Positions 1-13,599 of a stretch of DNA of 64,000 nucleotides are shown piece after piece. Position numbers and translations under genes: made by a program. This DNA is from Botryllus schlosseri (taxonomy: Eukaryota), in NCBI GenBank assembly GCA_051294905.1, contig CM119371.1, positions 39,930,001 through 39,994,000 of the forward strand, in the 5' to 3' direction. The notes beneath the pieces were generated by a model. The model was not told the origin of the DNA and made no database searches. It saw only the letters and a list, made by a program, of their open reading frames with translations. Each line of letters begins with the position of its first letter. Position 1 is the first letter of the stretch.

Positions 1-518
1 TTGTATTCAAGCCAAATTTGGTGTGTAGCGATTATTTAACCAACTTAACAATTTAATCAGTGAATCCTGGGAATCTGGAAAAAAGGTTATTTTTGAACAA
101 TCCTAATGTACGGTATATATGTGTATTGTATAATATTGTATGCATGTATTATGAGCAGACCTGATATGGCACGATAGTGACTTCTACTATACTGTTGCAC
201 TGTTATTATCGGCAAACGATTTGCCGATGTGATGTCAGAACTCACTGTGTTGACCTATTGCTAATCGGATGGGCGCTTTCTTGAGGACTTGAAATCATCT
301 TCTGCGTGCTAATTCATGTGAAATTCATGCACACTCAAGAATTGCCGTGCTCCCAGTAATGTTGCTTGTTACCGAAGGTAGTCGGTGACAAAGCACTTCT
401 ACTTTTTGAAGAACACAAGTCGTTTTCGACTACTTACTCAAGTAAAACTAATATCTTGCTACTTCCACTTCTACTTCATATTAGTTTGCGACTTACATAC
501 TTTCACTATTTACAGTTT

Positions 519-657
519 AAATAGTATACTCATATTGAAATGAACCCGAATATTTTCGGCTGACACTCGTCAGGGGTAATTCGGGTTCATTTCAATATGA
601 ATATACTATTCAATTGTATATTGAAGTTCTGTACCTCCAAGAAGCTCTTCAAATATA
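519..657. mobile_element. Miniature inverted Penelope 3'-end insertion
   Basis: Same sequence as the 32730-32830 tail, in both orientations; probable TSD TACAGTTT (511-518, 658-665). Confidence 0.8.
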
Positions 658-2150
658 TACAGTTTGTGAATTGAAATGATTATTGATTATATTATTCCAA
701 TAGAGAGAGAAAGAGAGAGAGAGAATGAGACTAAAAAAAAATTAGCGAAACATTTTGTCGAGTAGCAAAAATAATTTATGTACCACAAATTTTAAAACGG
801 TTCGGAATGTCCGTTGTGCTTCGAGCGAAATAGATATTGAGCGACAAGAATGTTTTCATGGAACTGTTGGTCAGTATCATTTAGGTAGGGTAGTATTTAG
901 GTATTTGATAACGTACTTTCGCCTATATGACATGTTTCATTACAGTAAATATGGCTCAGAAAAAATATTCGGAACTATCTCATCGTAATCTTGCATTCTA
1001 GCCGCACAGCGAGTGCTCAAACAGGGAAAAAGTGGTTCTTGACTTATTAAAGCTAGACCGTTGAGCGTCAACCACCGTTGAAACTATCTTAAACCTGTTG
1101 TAAATAGTGTAGTTGAATTTCTCTTTATGCACGGTATCATTACAGTTGGTTTTTTAATTAATCTTAGTTCTTTTATCCGAAACACATGCGTATAGAAGTG
1201 CATTTTACAAGGTAAAATTGAACATGAATGGCATTTTGCGATCTACCATATTGTTGTTTAGCGTAACAATCATCACGCAAATCGGTAAAACCGTTTCTGA
1301 TACAACTCCGTATTGCTTCAAGACTCAATTGCAGGCCTTCCAATACTGCGGAGGGCATAATTCCATGACATTATCTGAAATCGAGCTCTGGGGTAAACAA
1401 AAGTTAAGAGCCGCTTCTCTGCAGCAAAATGATCATTTACATCCCACGCTGTGGTCTACTGGTAATTCCTATGTTATAAAACTTTGAGAGCAGCACGATT
1501 CCAGCTCTCTGTGTCTGTACCATCCGAAGGGTCAAGCTTCAGGCTTTTGACATCCAATGATAGCGTATTTACGACTGCTTCTCACAACTACTTACTTAGT
1601 TGCTTACTTGATTAGATTTTAGCGTCGCCATTCCTAATTCTACTTGACGCAATTTTAGGATGCCTAAAAAAGGACTACTTCTACTCGCGCTTGAGTAGAT
1701 TTTACCTTCGCTACTTCTACTGGAGTAGATTATTTGACTACCTTGACCAGCTCTGCTAGTTACTCGCGCAGTGCATTTCGCAGCGGCACGTGGCCTTGGA
1801 ACACGCAACTGCGACATGATTTGTAAAAAATATCGATGCCCAGATTCTGAGTTCATTCATAAGCTTGATCGCCGACGAACTGACAGCTTTTGAGAACGCC
1901 AATATCGAACTACAATCAATTGTGTATTTAGTAGCAAGTTGATTTCTGTGTTTAGGTCTCGACATGCGATAAATGCTCGAATTGCTGTTGCTACTCTACG
2001 TGACTCAATATTTCACTGAATTCGATTGCATAGCTCGATATTAATGAGACGTGCGAATATGAAAACATCAAAGCAACGGTTAATGTACGTCTTATGGATG
2101 AATGCAGATGACATGTAGCAAAATGCCTTCTCTACAACTATGACGTAACG

Positions 2151-3378
2151 CAGTGGTTCTCAACCTTTTTGACCTCGCGGCACCCTTTGGAAATGAAAAA
2201 TAGTTCGCGGCACACCATCACAGTGGTTCAGAACTTTTTATTGGCTTACGGCACCTGCAAACTGCCGGAATACTTATTAGCACCCAGTAGTTACGCCGAC
2301 TCATTCCGGCAGTCAATCCAAAATGTTTCTGTGCTTCCTTTCTTTTGGAATAACCTTCTCCATTTAATTATTTTAAAATGTAAACTTTTGTACGTGAAGC
2401 GTCCCACATATAGCTTACAAAGCCGTAATAGAAAGTCGTCGTTTTCCTCGGGCCAGAATATCGTTCCTTCGTGATTACAACAAACAGGGCGTATTCAGAC
2501 GAAAGTAAAATGGGTCATTTTGAATACGACTTCACAGAAACTTCGGGCTGCCCTTGGATACTATTTCATAGCATTTGTTTGACAATTAATCTGCCCACTG
2601 CCGCATTGGGTCGAAGAGGTCAAGCGCGATCGCCGCTAACGAATACGGAGGGCCGGAGGCGTAGAGGTGCAGGGCTATACCAGGCTATACAATGCATTTC
2701 CACGCAGATCGTGTAGCACGCGTGAGGATAGCCATACCTCAACAGTTCTACTGGCAGCCACCCCCAGTTCAATTTTATTTCTAGCAAACTAAGATTATAA
2801 CCTCAGCGGCGAAGAGGTTTATTAACTGATATAATTTGATCCACATTTCTTCTCAACTCTCATATTCGTCGAGAGTAACACAAAGTTGGGCTACAAGCCT
2901 ACATTTTACCGGATCGGAAGTGCCGGCACGATACCTAACGATCGTAATGTGGATTACCATGTTCGTACTTCGAATTTGCAAGCGCAAACGTCAATTCCAA
3001 AGGAATTCATTTCTCGCTGGTGATTGGGGAGGCAATGAGGATTAGAAAACTGCGTTGTCATACAGGCGCCGCCATGTCGGCTCTTCTCTATGCGATCAAT
3101 CAACGTATTGTGCGAAACTGAATTCAGCCTTCAAGGCACGCGATCTGTCCGGTAAAGTGAATGTGAGAGGCGGTATTAATTGTTGGCATAACATAAATTT
3201 TGATTTGTCAAACGCACAAACTTCACATCAAGCTCGATTTAGATTATTATTGATCGTTTGCTACAGACTAGAATTATTTTGCGCATAATTTCAAAATTCC
3301 GAAGAAATCGCTCGCGGCACACTTGCGAGAGGTAAATGGCACACTAATGTGCCGCGGCACACCGGTTGAGAACCACTG
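2151..3378. mobile_element. hAT MITE
   Basis: TIR CAGTGGTTCTCAACC; 8-bp TSD ACGTAACG. Confidence 0.92.
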
Positions 3379-3483
3379 ACGTAACGGATCGTGAGCGATG
3401 GTAACGTCACAAGTCGCCGGATACCCTCATAAAATTACGCTTACACTTGTTAGTACGCAACTACATCTTAGAATCAAACTCAC

Positions 3484-3588
3484 TTCCCAATCCAAATTTC
3501 CAGATAGCGACTGAATCCGACGATGTCCAAGAAATGAACGTAGTGCTGTGGCCGAGAAATTGTTGCCTATTAAATCTACATCTTTCAC
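3484..3588 (-). CDS. NLR LRR exon (105 nt, phase 0-0), missed by the ORF track
   Basis: Acceptor atcgtttcag and donor gtgagt. Translates VKDVDLIGNNFSATALRSFLGHRRIQSLSGNLDWE, an LRR unit (xxVxLxxNxF), in phase with the 13049 donor. Confidence 0.75.
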
Positions 3589-4070
3589 CTGAAACGATTG
3601 AAACATGATATGAAGTGTTGACCAAAACTAAGTGTGAAAGTCGGTTTGACATCAAATCATCAGCGTCGAAATACAAAGTAACTGAGCCGTAATCAATTCG
3701 CTTTACTATTGAAGGATATTCGATGTAGCCTACATTACAAAGTGATATCTCAAAGGTGGTGATATCAGCGACTGTCAGAGAATAAAATCTCCATTGCGAG
3801 TGTTTGCGACTAATGTCATGTAGTGATATCATGCCATTCATTACCATTATATTTGGAATAATTTCAAAATTCATATTCGCTACGCCTTTAAATTCCAGGA
3901 ATAGGAGTCGATTCCAGATTTACATAATTGTGCGTGTGAGCCGCAATCCCTTACATATTGAACGATATGAAAAAATGGGTCATATTGGAGATTACTGGAG
4001 AAATTTCGACCAACATTCATGAGAAAATGATTTGACAGGAGTATTATTATTATTATACAAATACCCGTAT

Positions 4071-4466
4071 TTGAAGAGCTTCTTGGAGGTACAGAACTTC
4101 AATATACAATTAAATAGTATATTCATATTGAAATGAACCCGAATATTTTCGGCTGACACTCGTCAGGGGTAATCGTCAGCAACTAGTAGAGAATTGGAAA
4201 GAACATTGTATATCAACAATCGTATCACAAAATATGACGTCACCAGCATGAAATTTCGAATGAGAGAGCGTTCAATGTACTATTTTTAGGTGATACACGA
4301 ACTCCTTTTGTTGACAGAGTTTTGGTTGGTGTATTTTGATAAAAGTTGATTCCAAGGCACACAAATGGAATTTCAAATTTCCAATTCTCTACTAGTTGCT
4401 GACGATTACCCCTGACGAGTGTCAGCCGAAAATATTCGGGTTCATTTCAATATGAATATACTATTT
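4071..4466. mobile_element. Short inverted Penelope insertion
   Basis: Minus arm carries the endonuclease C-terminus (...QQKEFVYHLKIVH*) and 3' tail; the plus arm is an inverted tail. TSD AAATACCCGTAT (4059-4070, 4467-4478). Confidence 0.9.
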
Positions 4467-5512
4467 AAATACCCGTATGTGTTCTGAAAATATTCAAATA
4501 ATTCTGCGAAGATGGCAAGTCAATATTTACATTTTAATTATATTATAAAGACGCCAGAAAGATTGTACACAAAATTTCTACGACCAAAGACGGAAAAATA
4601 GAGATTCCTCTATGAAGGCAAACCAAAGACACTCAATTTCATCAAATTCACTATTCTTACCCACAAGGTCTGAGCAGGCGATGATCAACACTATCGTTGA
4701 TGCATTACAAGACTATTAATAATACCAGGCGTCAGCAGTGTTCAGCCCGCCGATTGTTTTGCTCAGGTCCGGATTCAGTTGCACATGTAAAAAGTTTGCA
4801 AGAAACCCAACCTGCTATATCAGTGGTTCTCAAACTTTTTGGACACGCCCCCCTTGATGGTAGTGAAAAGTTCTGCGCCCCCATATCGCCATATCAAAAA
4901 AATATTTAAAAGTGCAACAAGAATACTTGCAATCCCAACGCATAGTCTGATGGTATGTAAGGTTATGACTGTTGAGATACCTTTAAAATATCAAATTCGG
5001 ACTATAGACCAGGCTTGGCCAAACTTTTCAGCCAAAGCGCCACAGGAGATTTACGAACCATTGCGCGGGCCACTTGAAAATTGATGACCTGTTAGTAGTC
5101 GTCCAATAAGAGCGAACCGTATTAGGTAACGGTGAAAACAAGACTTATATTACAACGCACCAAAATAGATAGCAATTATGTCATTAAAACCCAGTGATAG
5201 CCGCGCGAAGCGAGTAAATTTTTCTGAGTTATGAATGAATTCCATCAATAATAATAGTAGCCTACTTGCATATATTGCTAGTCGCCTCTGTATACCGCTG
5301 GGCTCATTTGGCAAGGATTGGATTATTCAGGACGTGGACATATCAATATCGAAGATCATTTTGTGCCAAGGTTTCATCGCCGACAATCTTTCTGCAAGTG
5401 TAGACATGTAGACGCATGTTGGACGACACGTTCTCTCATAATTGCGAATATAGCTAAACTCAATTCTGTAAATTGGGCGTATTATGGATTTTCAGGAGGA
5501 GCACCTAGATAC

Positions 5513-6036
5513 CAGGGTTGTAATGACTCGACTCGAGTCACGATTTTCTGCTGACTCGACTCCTTTTATCCAAATACGGAAATGACTCGACTCTAGTCTA
5601 TCTGTTTATTGACTGGTCTTGGACTCGAGTCATTGCGCATGACTTGAGCCAATTCATATGACCCGAGACTGAGACTGCCAAAACCGACATTTCATTGTAA
5701 TTTCCATGAATAGGTAAGTAACCACACTATTGGGATTTCGTCTTGGTACTGGTACTTGAAATAGGGAGGAAAGTTAGTATATTATAGATACGAACCATTC
5801 AATATCACCAAACAGAGTTATAAAAAGTGGGTTCATCAAGACTTTAACTGGAAACTGAGCAATCAACACAATGACTTAGACTCGGACTTGAGTCATACTA
5901 CCATGACTCGGACTCGACCCTCTGCTCGCTGAATTGACTCGGTGGTGAATTGAAAATGACTAGACTTGACTCGAGTCAAAACTATAAAGTAAGATTGAAT
6001 TGTGACTCGGAGCCTTGTGACTTTGTTACAAGCCTG
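5513..6036. mobile_element. hAT MITE rich in GACTC subterminal repeats
   Basis: CAGGGTTGTAA...TTACAAGCCTG; TSD CTAGATAC/CAAGATAC; same family as 62020-63817. Confidence 0.82.
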
Positions 6037-6049
6037 CAAGATACTAAAA

Positions 6050-6851
6050 GGGGTGTTCAAAGATAACATTTTTCTTCAAATTTCACTGGCTACTTGATAA
6101 ATTGAAAGGTTGGGTAAAAAACTCGGCATACCAGATTTGGTTTAATTCCAACTGATATACCTCAACTTTCGTTTGCTGTATTATGTTTAGTTCCGCAATT
6201 ATGGCTCATTATAATTGATCACTAGTCGACCGTGACAGCCATCGCGCTTCGCTCGTAGTCGCCAGGCTTCACGCTTACGCGGGAGCTTAACGTTGTTTGC
6301 TGCATTTCTTTATCCTTTCAGGTCATAGTGTGATTGGGGTTATTACCTATTAGCTTGCAATAAAACTGTAGTCACACTCATACTGTGTATTGCGTGGGAT
6401 TTATTACCAACCAGTAGTCGCATTGCTACAAGAGAAGAAAGGTTTGGATTTATTATGTAAAAATTAAATAATTTTTTTTTCAAAATTTTTGCAACCAGTG
6501 GAAGCGGATTTATTGCAGTTCAAAAATTTGGATACGAATAAAATAGTAATCCGACCAACCTAAATATTATTTTATTCAAATCCAAATAACGTCGCTCACA
6601 CTGGTTGCAATTGAGCAAAATTTGATGAGCATTGTTTCTGTACACAACCCAACAACATCATGGGTTGAACAGAAAATTTAATTTTTTTTTATTTATTTTT
6701 ATGTAATAAATATCAAACTTTCTTCTCTTGTAGCAATGCGGCTACTGGTTGGAATGGAACGAAATTTGGTGTGCAGCCGGTAATTAGGTAACATAACAAT
6801 TTTATCAAGTATCAAATATGATTTGAGAAAAGAGTCATTTTTTAACACCCC
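6050..6851. mobile_element. Palindromic MITE, superfamily unclear
   Basis: GGGGTGTTCAAA...TTTAACACCCC with long internal inverted repeats. Related fragments at about 1-103, 7107-7500, 8630-8930, 12075-12460 and 51197-51690. Confidence 0.68.
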
Positions 6852-9472
6852 TACTGTACAGATGCTTTACAGACAAGCCATAAAACTATTAGCTATGATA
6901 CACGTAATCACCAGTCACTCCTACATGTCAAAATATTCGCATTCGATGTCGCTTCTGCATTTGACGTGGGCATACGAATCAAATCCCTTCATCATTGCAA
7001 CGATAGAACATAGTAGTTGTACAAGCCATAGTCGTTAAACCAGGGTACGGTGAGTATGCTGCAGTTATCATGCATTGTTAGTAGGCCTAAACGGCATACT
7101 TGCGATAGGAGTATTCAAAAATGACTATTTTTCAAATTCTACTGGATACTTGATAAAATTGTTAGGTTGCCTAGTTGAAGGCTGCACGCCAAATTTGGTT
7201 TAATTCCAAGCAGTAGCCGTATTGGTACAAGAGAACAAAGTTTTGAATTTATTGTTTAAAAAATGAATAAAAATTTTCTTAAGATTTTCTGTTTACCCCA
7301 TGATATTGTTAGATTGTCTATAAACGGTGCTCAGCAAATTTGGCTCAATTTCAACCAGTCGAAGCGGAGTTATTGCAGTCGAAAAATTTGGATTTGAATG
7401 TTATAGTATTTACGGTGGCCAATTCGAGAATTAGCCACCTTAAATATTATTTTATTCAAATCCAAATTTTACGACTGTAATAACACCGCTTCCACTGTCG
7501 AGCCGTGTTACTTGCTAGTGCATTACTCACACGGCGCGTTGTGCGACAATTACGTTGTCAAATATTGATGCAACAACAAATTTTCAGCAGCACAAATTCT
7601 CACAGTATTCGATACATTTCGAACGGGAACCTAGTGTATTCCAAATAATAAATGGCAACAGTTTTCCTAATGGTGTAGAAATTAATTATGGCAAGTACGG
7701 GGAAGCGGCGTATTGAAATTTGTAGCGATATTTGTTATATTGATCAAGGCTTTTGTACAGTTACAGTAGAGTACGACCGAGCCCCGGCTGGTATCATGAT
7801 TATACAATATACATATGTTAATCAAAGGTGGTCAATATAGAAGAAGGCGGGTGTTGAAATAGAAATGGTGATGCAGAATTATATACCGGTATACTCAAAT
7901 ACGAGTTGAAGCAGTGCTGTTCGAAGCAGCTCAAAACTATTTCAAGTGGAAGTCGAATTGCTGTCTTTGAAAACTACTCGAGTAAGTAAGTAGTTTTGAA
8001 AAGCAATAATAAATACGCACTCATAGATCACTAACACCTGGAAACTGAGAGCTGGTTCTGTGTTGCTACATCCCCAGGAAATTATTATGGCATAAGGATT
8101 CTCTTGCATGAGTGTTATTTACTATGATGAAACTGATATATGGGCGATGATGTGGTCTTAAAGTTTGCACATGCCACATAGGACAGCTACATACATCATA
8201 TTGACCGAGAGAGACTGGGCATATACATTTCGCAGAATCATGGTAAAAATTACGAGAAAACAGCCACCGAATTTCATCGTCTTGATCTTATTCATTCTCT
8301 TATCGGATTATTAAAATACACCTTCCTGATAAACTGTAAATAACGAAAAGTAAATAAGTAATTCACCAAATAAAACAAAGTTAAAGAGGAAGTAGCTGGA
8401 AAGGGGATTTACTTGTGTAAGTAGGTACTGAAAGTAGAGGAAAACTACTCATACCCGGTTACACAATACACAGTCACATACTCCTGAACCGGATCGTGAC
8501 CACCTCTGGACTATGAGCAAAGCTTTGCCACGGTGACGTCATAAGTCATTTTGAAATCCATTAGTGGGCGCTAAAGATAGTCCGGAATTTGGGTTGCTGA
8601 AATATGGTAACCCTACTGTAGGCCTACTCAATTTTTATTTCAAATTTCACTGGCTATGTTATACAATTATTGTTTTGGCTAAAACAGCGCTGTACACCAA
8701 ATTTGGCTCAATTTCAACCAGTAGAAGTGAGGTTCTTGCTGTATAAAGTCTTGAATTTATTATTTAAAAAATAAAAATTAGAAAAATTCATATTTTTGCA
8801 GATTCTATAAAATTGTTAGACTGTCAGTAGAGATGATGCACACCAAATTTAGCTCAATTCCAACCAGTAGAAGCAAAGTTATTGCAGTAAAAAAAATTTG
8901 GATTTGAATAAAATAGTAATTGCAGTGGCTTAACTCTTTCAATAATTCTTATTATAAAATCATAGAATTAGAAATTGAACAGTGTATAGAAAAGAGATAT
9001 TTTGCCATTAGAATATTTTGCTACTATAGTTAGGAGCTCCGATCACTTCGTTTGCGGTCAATTTATTTGTGATAGAGGAATGGAGGCCCGCCCAGTAAAA
9101 CGCACAATCTTTGACTGATTGCTCACTCTCTTAGGTTACACCAGCGTATCGAGAACAATCCGAATATAAGCAATATCCGTCATTTTGATCGACACCGTTA
9201 CTTGATGACTTGAAATTGTCTGGTAAATTTTGCTCCGAGTCACGAGTCAATCCACATTTCTGAAACAACGAGTCAAGTCAAGTCATTTTTGCAAAGTGAC
9301 TCGAGTCAAGTCAGAGTGACTCGAGTCAAGTGAAGTCATACGAAAGAAGACTCCTGAAATATGGTATATATATATAATAGTGTTTTTCAAGAGGCACCGT
9401 CTTTCAACTTGAGCTAAATTCTGGGCCGTGCACCAAAAATCATTAATTTCGCACTTGAATGATAGAATAGAT

Positions 9473-11331
9473 CAGTGGTTCTTAACCTTTTTTCCTCCAG
9501 CGCCCCCTTTCAAAAATTATCGTGCTCCAGCGCCCCCCAACCGCATATTGTAAGGAATGTAATAAAGACAATGAGTAAAAGGGAGGGCCGTAACAGCACT
9601 TCGTCATCCCCCCTAAAAATGATTGCCTTGCGCACCCATAGCGTGATAAACCAAACTTCCGAGGGCTTCGCCCCCAAGAACCCCGTAGCGTGATTTCGAT
9701 GGTCAGCAAAGTTTGTGTGGCATGGTCGCCCTAGGTAACAAAATTTTCTATAATGCATGAATGAATAGGTGGTAATTACATATATAAGTCGCTATAAACT
9801 TTTTATCCTCTCAGCCCACGTAATCAGATTTACCAGTAGCGCTGATTGAGCTGTTGTATGGTAAGATGGAGGGCACGTAATTAATAATTAAACATATTCG
9901 GGCGTGCCCGTAGGTACAATTAATTCGTTACCAGGGCCGTAACAGCACTTCGTCAGCCCCCCCAAAACGTTGGTCTTAGCCCCCCCTCCATCGGGTGATA
10001 AACCAAACTTCCGGGGGGCTTCGCCCCCAGACCCCCTTTCGGCTATCCACTATTTGCTGATACTAGTCATCTACATTGGGTGTCCATTTACTGAGCCAGG
10101 TATTCCCGCCTAGACGCGCGAAGCGCTAAAAATTTCAATAATTAATGATTGAATTCGTAAATATGATCGGGAATTGCATGTATATTGATATCAAATTTTA
10201 TCTTCTCTCTGCTCACGTAAACAAATTTACGGGTAGAGCTGAGTGATGTGTGATTGAAAAGGTAGGACCCCTCAATAATAATTATACATCTTCGGGCGTA
10301 TACCCGTCGGCAGGAACGAAACGGCACTTCGTCAGGCCCCCCGAAAAAACTTGGGTCTTGGGCTCCCATAGGGTGATAAACCGACCGCCCTCATCACGTT
10401 GTTCGTTTTGCCACGAAATCAGCTGTACTGTTTAGCGAGCCAGTGCGAAGTGCGAAAACTTTCGATAATTCATGATAAATCGGTCAGTAAGATCGGGAAT
10501 TGCTTATATATTGCTATTAATTTTCTGTCCTCTCTGCTCACGTTACCAGATTTACCGGTAGAGCTGAGTGAGGTGCAATGTTCCGTCTAAGCTGCTCACG
10601 TGCGCAGTGCTGACATGGTATCTGTGCACAGAAAATCTACGTTGCGCACAACTAATCCGAAGTTTTGACCCTTTTTTAGTCGTTACGCACTGCTGTCCAA
10701 GGGTCTGCGCAGTGAGTTTATTGAGTGTGCGCAGACTCATCAAAACGTGGAGCGAACAATGTGAGGTGTCTTGGAAACTGTAGGGCCCGTAACTATAATA
10801 AGTAAAAATATTCGGGCGGGCGAACCCGTTGGTATGACTTCGTTGCATGATGTTATTTCGTGACCTCCTGTCTGCTATATCAAGAATATAGAATCGCCCA
10901 ACAGGGATATCGCCCAACAGGAATATCCCTGTCGCCCAATCGTACTAAACTAAAAGACGCACACGATTTCAAATTGGTATTTCTTCACTGGCATATAATT
11001 TTTCCCTGCCGGATGGAATTCGTCTTCTGGGGTTCAGATTGCCAACACAGGAATATTCGGTGCCAGTCATTTAGGCGCCCATGGACAATTAAACCTATAT
11101 GTCTTTTGTAGGCTATTATATACCAAGTTTTCGGTGTTCATTTTCTCTGAATACTGATTAGGGATATGTCCTACCACCACATCATCTACTGCGAAGCCAT
11201 TTTTCTCCAGCGCCCCCCATACCGCCCCCCTGAGCCCAGCGCCCCCCATATCGCCCCCTGAGCGTTTCCGCCCCCTTTCAAAATCGCCAGCGCCCCCTGG
11301 GGGGCGCTGGAGGCAAGGTTAAGAACCACTG
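9473..11331. mobile_element. hAT non-autonomous element with internal repeats and a captured fragment
   Basis: TIR CAGTGGTTCTTAACCTT; 8-bp TSD GAATAGAT; subterminal GCGCCCCC repeats. Confidence 0.92.
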
Positions 11332-11811
11332 GAATAGATCAATTTAGACAACATAACAAAGTGAACAACATTTTAAGGTCAAAGTAGCCCATTTACAGAC
11401 AATTCCAAATATACTTAAAAACAGCCCTACAATTTCACGGTTGAATGGGCATGAAAAGCATGTTTTTCATCATGCGATAACTTTAAAATTACTCAAGTAA
11501 TTCTTTTCAAATAAATTGCGATTTAGTGAGCTATACTTCATGATGTTTTGAGCCAAATTTCGGCAAATTTCAGCACTATTGTGGTGACGAAATCCATTTT
11601 TTTTGTTCATCAGACATGGAATTACCCCAATACTAAATTTCTTTTTAAAAAAATTCATATTAAAATAACCGTTGCAGAGACCGCCACTGAAGTATAGAAA
11701 GTAGGTTAATGGGGACATGTAGGCTACATCACACCCTCAAGTTTTAACCTATTATGATTTTGACTTGGTCTTCAAAGAGCAGGTACAGAAATTTAATATG
11801 CGATTGAATAA

Positions 11812-11930
11812 TGTATTCACATTGACATACACCCGATTATTTTTGACCGACACTCCTTGAGGTAATCGTCAGCAACTGGAAGAGAATGGGAAAGGACATT
11901 TATTATCGACAGTCATATCACCAAATACAC
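11812..11930 (-). mobile_element. Old, diverged Penelope 3'-tail fragment
   Basis: ggtaatcgtcagcaactggaagagaatgggaaaggacatt resembles the family tail; the hammerhead core is decayed. Confidence 0.6.
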
Positions 11931-13048
11931 CAACGCGATATTTTCTCAGGTTAGGCTACATGTCAAAATTTTCGACTAAATTTTTACAAGTCATAGACGT
12001 TAAGTCAGGGTATGGGGAGTATGCTGCATTTACCCTGTATTTTTCAGTAGGCCTATGCGGCATACCTACAATCGGAGTGTTGAAAAATGATTTTTTTTTT
12101 CAAATCGTACTGGCTACTTGATAAAATTGTTACGTTACCTAATTTAAGGCTGCACACCAAATGTGCTTCAATTCCATTCAGTAGCCGTATTGATAAAAAA
12201 GAAGAAAGTTTTGGATTTACTATATAAAAAACAAATAAAATTGATTTCAAGATTTTCTGTTCACCCCATGAAATTGTTAGGTTGTATATTAGGGTTGTTC
12301 AAAAAAAACTTTTTTTTCCAAATCTCACTCGCCTAGTGACTAAATCGTCAGGATGTCCAAGAAAACGATGCAAACCAAATTTGACTCAATTCCAACCAGT
12401 AAAGGCCGTGCAATCTTGAATTGAAATTTTTAAATTATTAATAAAAATAAAAAAATAAAAATTCTCATAGAGCAGTATCGCAGCAAAGCATACACACTCT
12501 TTTATCTTCATTTACAAACAATGATCAGGATGAAAACTGATTACCGTGAATTATACTGGGCCAATTCGACTTTAGTAAACTTGAATATATTTCAAGTGAC
12601 AAGTAAAAACTGTGGGTGTGATCTGTGACTGACAGCCTGGTAAACTAATTTTGCAATTTACATAAACATGTTTGGAATTGTGGAGGAATGGAAGCGTCGC
12701 CCACAGAGTTAACATTGGTATAATGTCTGTTGTGGAGACGAAAGAGTCCATCACACTAATGTGACGTCGTCCAGCTTCAGATATTGTACGGTTGCTAATT
12801 TGCTGTTCACGTCAAATATGATTTTTAAAATTGCAATCCTTCATACAATAAACCCAAACTACCGGTAGGCCTACATCAGACTATTGGTCCTATACGATTA
12901 CCGGTACAACTATCAGCGCAGCAGGGGAAAGTTGTAAATTCGTGTACGGTTCACATACGGTACGAATGTTTTCATGTAAATTGCTGAATCTAGAAAACCT
13001 CTTCCTGTTGTTTTCCTACGAAAGATATGATTTAATGAAGTGACTCAC

Positions 13049-13362
13049 GTGAATTCGATCCTTGATGCACCTTGCGATGATGCCCAACAGCTCAACGTCG
13101 ATACTGCAGTTGTATAAATTCAAATAACGAAGGCCTTGACTCCTTGCTGCAAGCGATCCAACGACATGAGCTTCATCGCGACTCAACGAGATGTAAGATG
13201 CATCGATGACGTCAAGACCTTTCATGAGATCATCGTCGTCTGATTCATAGGCCGCTGTATAAAGTTCCATGCGAATGCGATTGCGGCCTTCGTCCTCATT
13301 CTTCTCGAGTTGAAGGCGAAGCGATCGAGCCAAGACATGTTTCTTCTCCTTTCCATCCGAGA
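13049..13362 (-). CDS. NLR exon: end of helical domain plus first LRRs (314 nt, phase 1-0)
   Basis: Encodes ...MELYTAAYES...LRYLNLYNCSIDVELLGII (LxxLxLxxC-type LRR). Acceptor gcgtcacag and donor gtgagt. Joins the NACHT exon in frame (LYK|V-SDGKEK). Confidence 0.85.
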
Positions 13363-13599
13363 CTGTGACGCAACAAGCAATATCGTGGTGATCGTTGGCA
13401 TTGCATATTTACGTAACAATTGGAAGATATACGCTACTACGACAACACAGGGTTAGAATGAAGCGATTAAACTATAGATAACTAAGGTAAACCGTAGATG
13501 CGACACTCGCGAGCATTACGTAACGTCACGCGTAACGTCACAAAAACTAACGCGTAACGTCACGCGTAACGTCACAAAAACTATGAGCTGCGCCCGTAA

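Noticed and set aside
246..301. Candidate downstream NLR exon KMISSPQESAHPISNRST
   Set aside because: Good donor (gtgagt) and compatible phase, but a weak acceptor and no LRR pattern.
3461..3874. 137-aa minus-strand ORF
   Set aside because: No recognisable domain; the supported exon (3484-3588) lies in a different frame within it.
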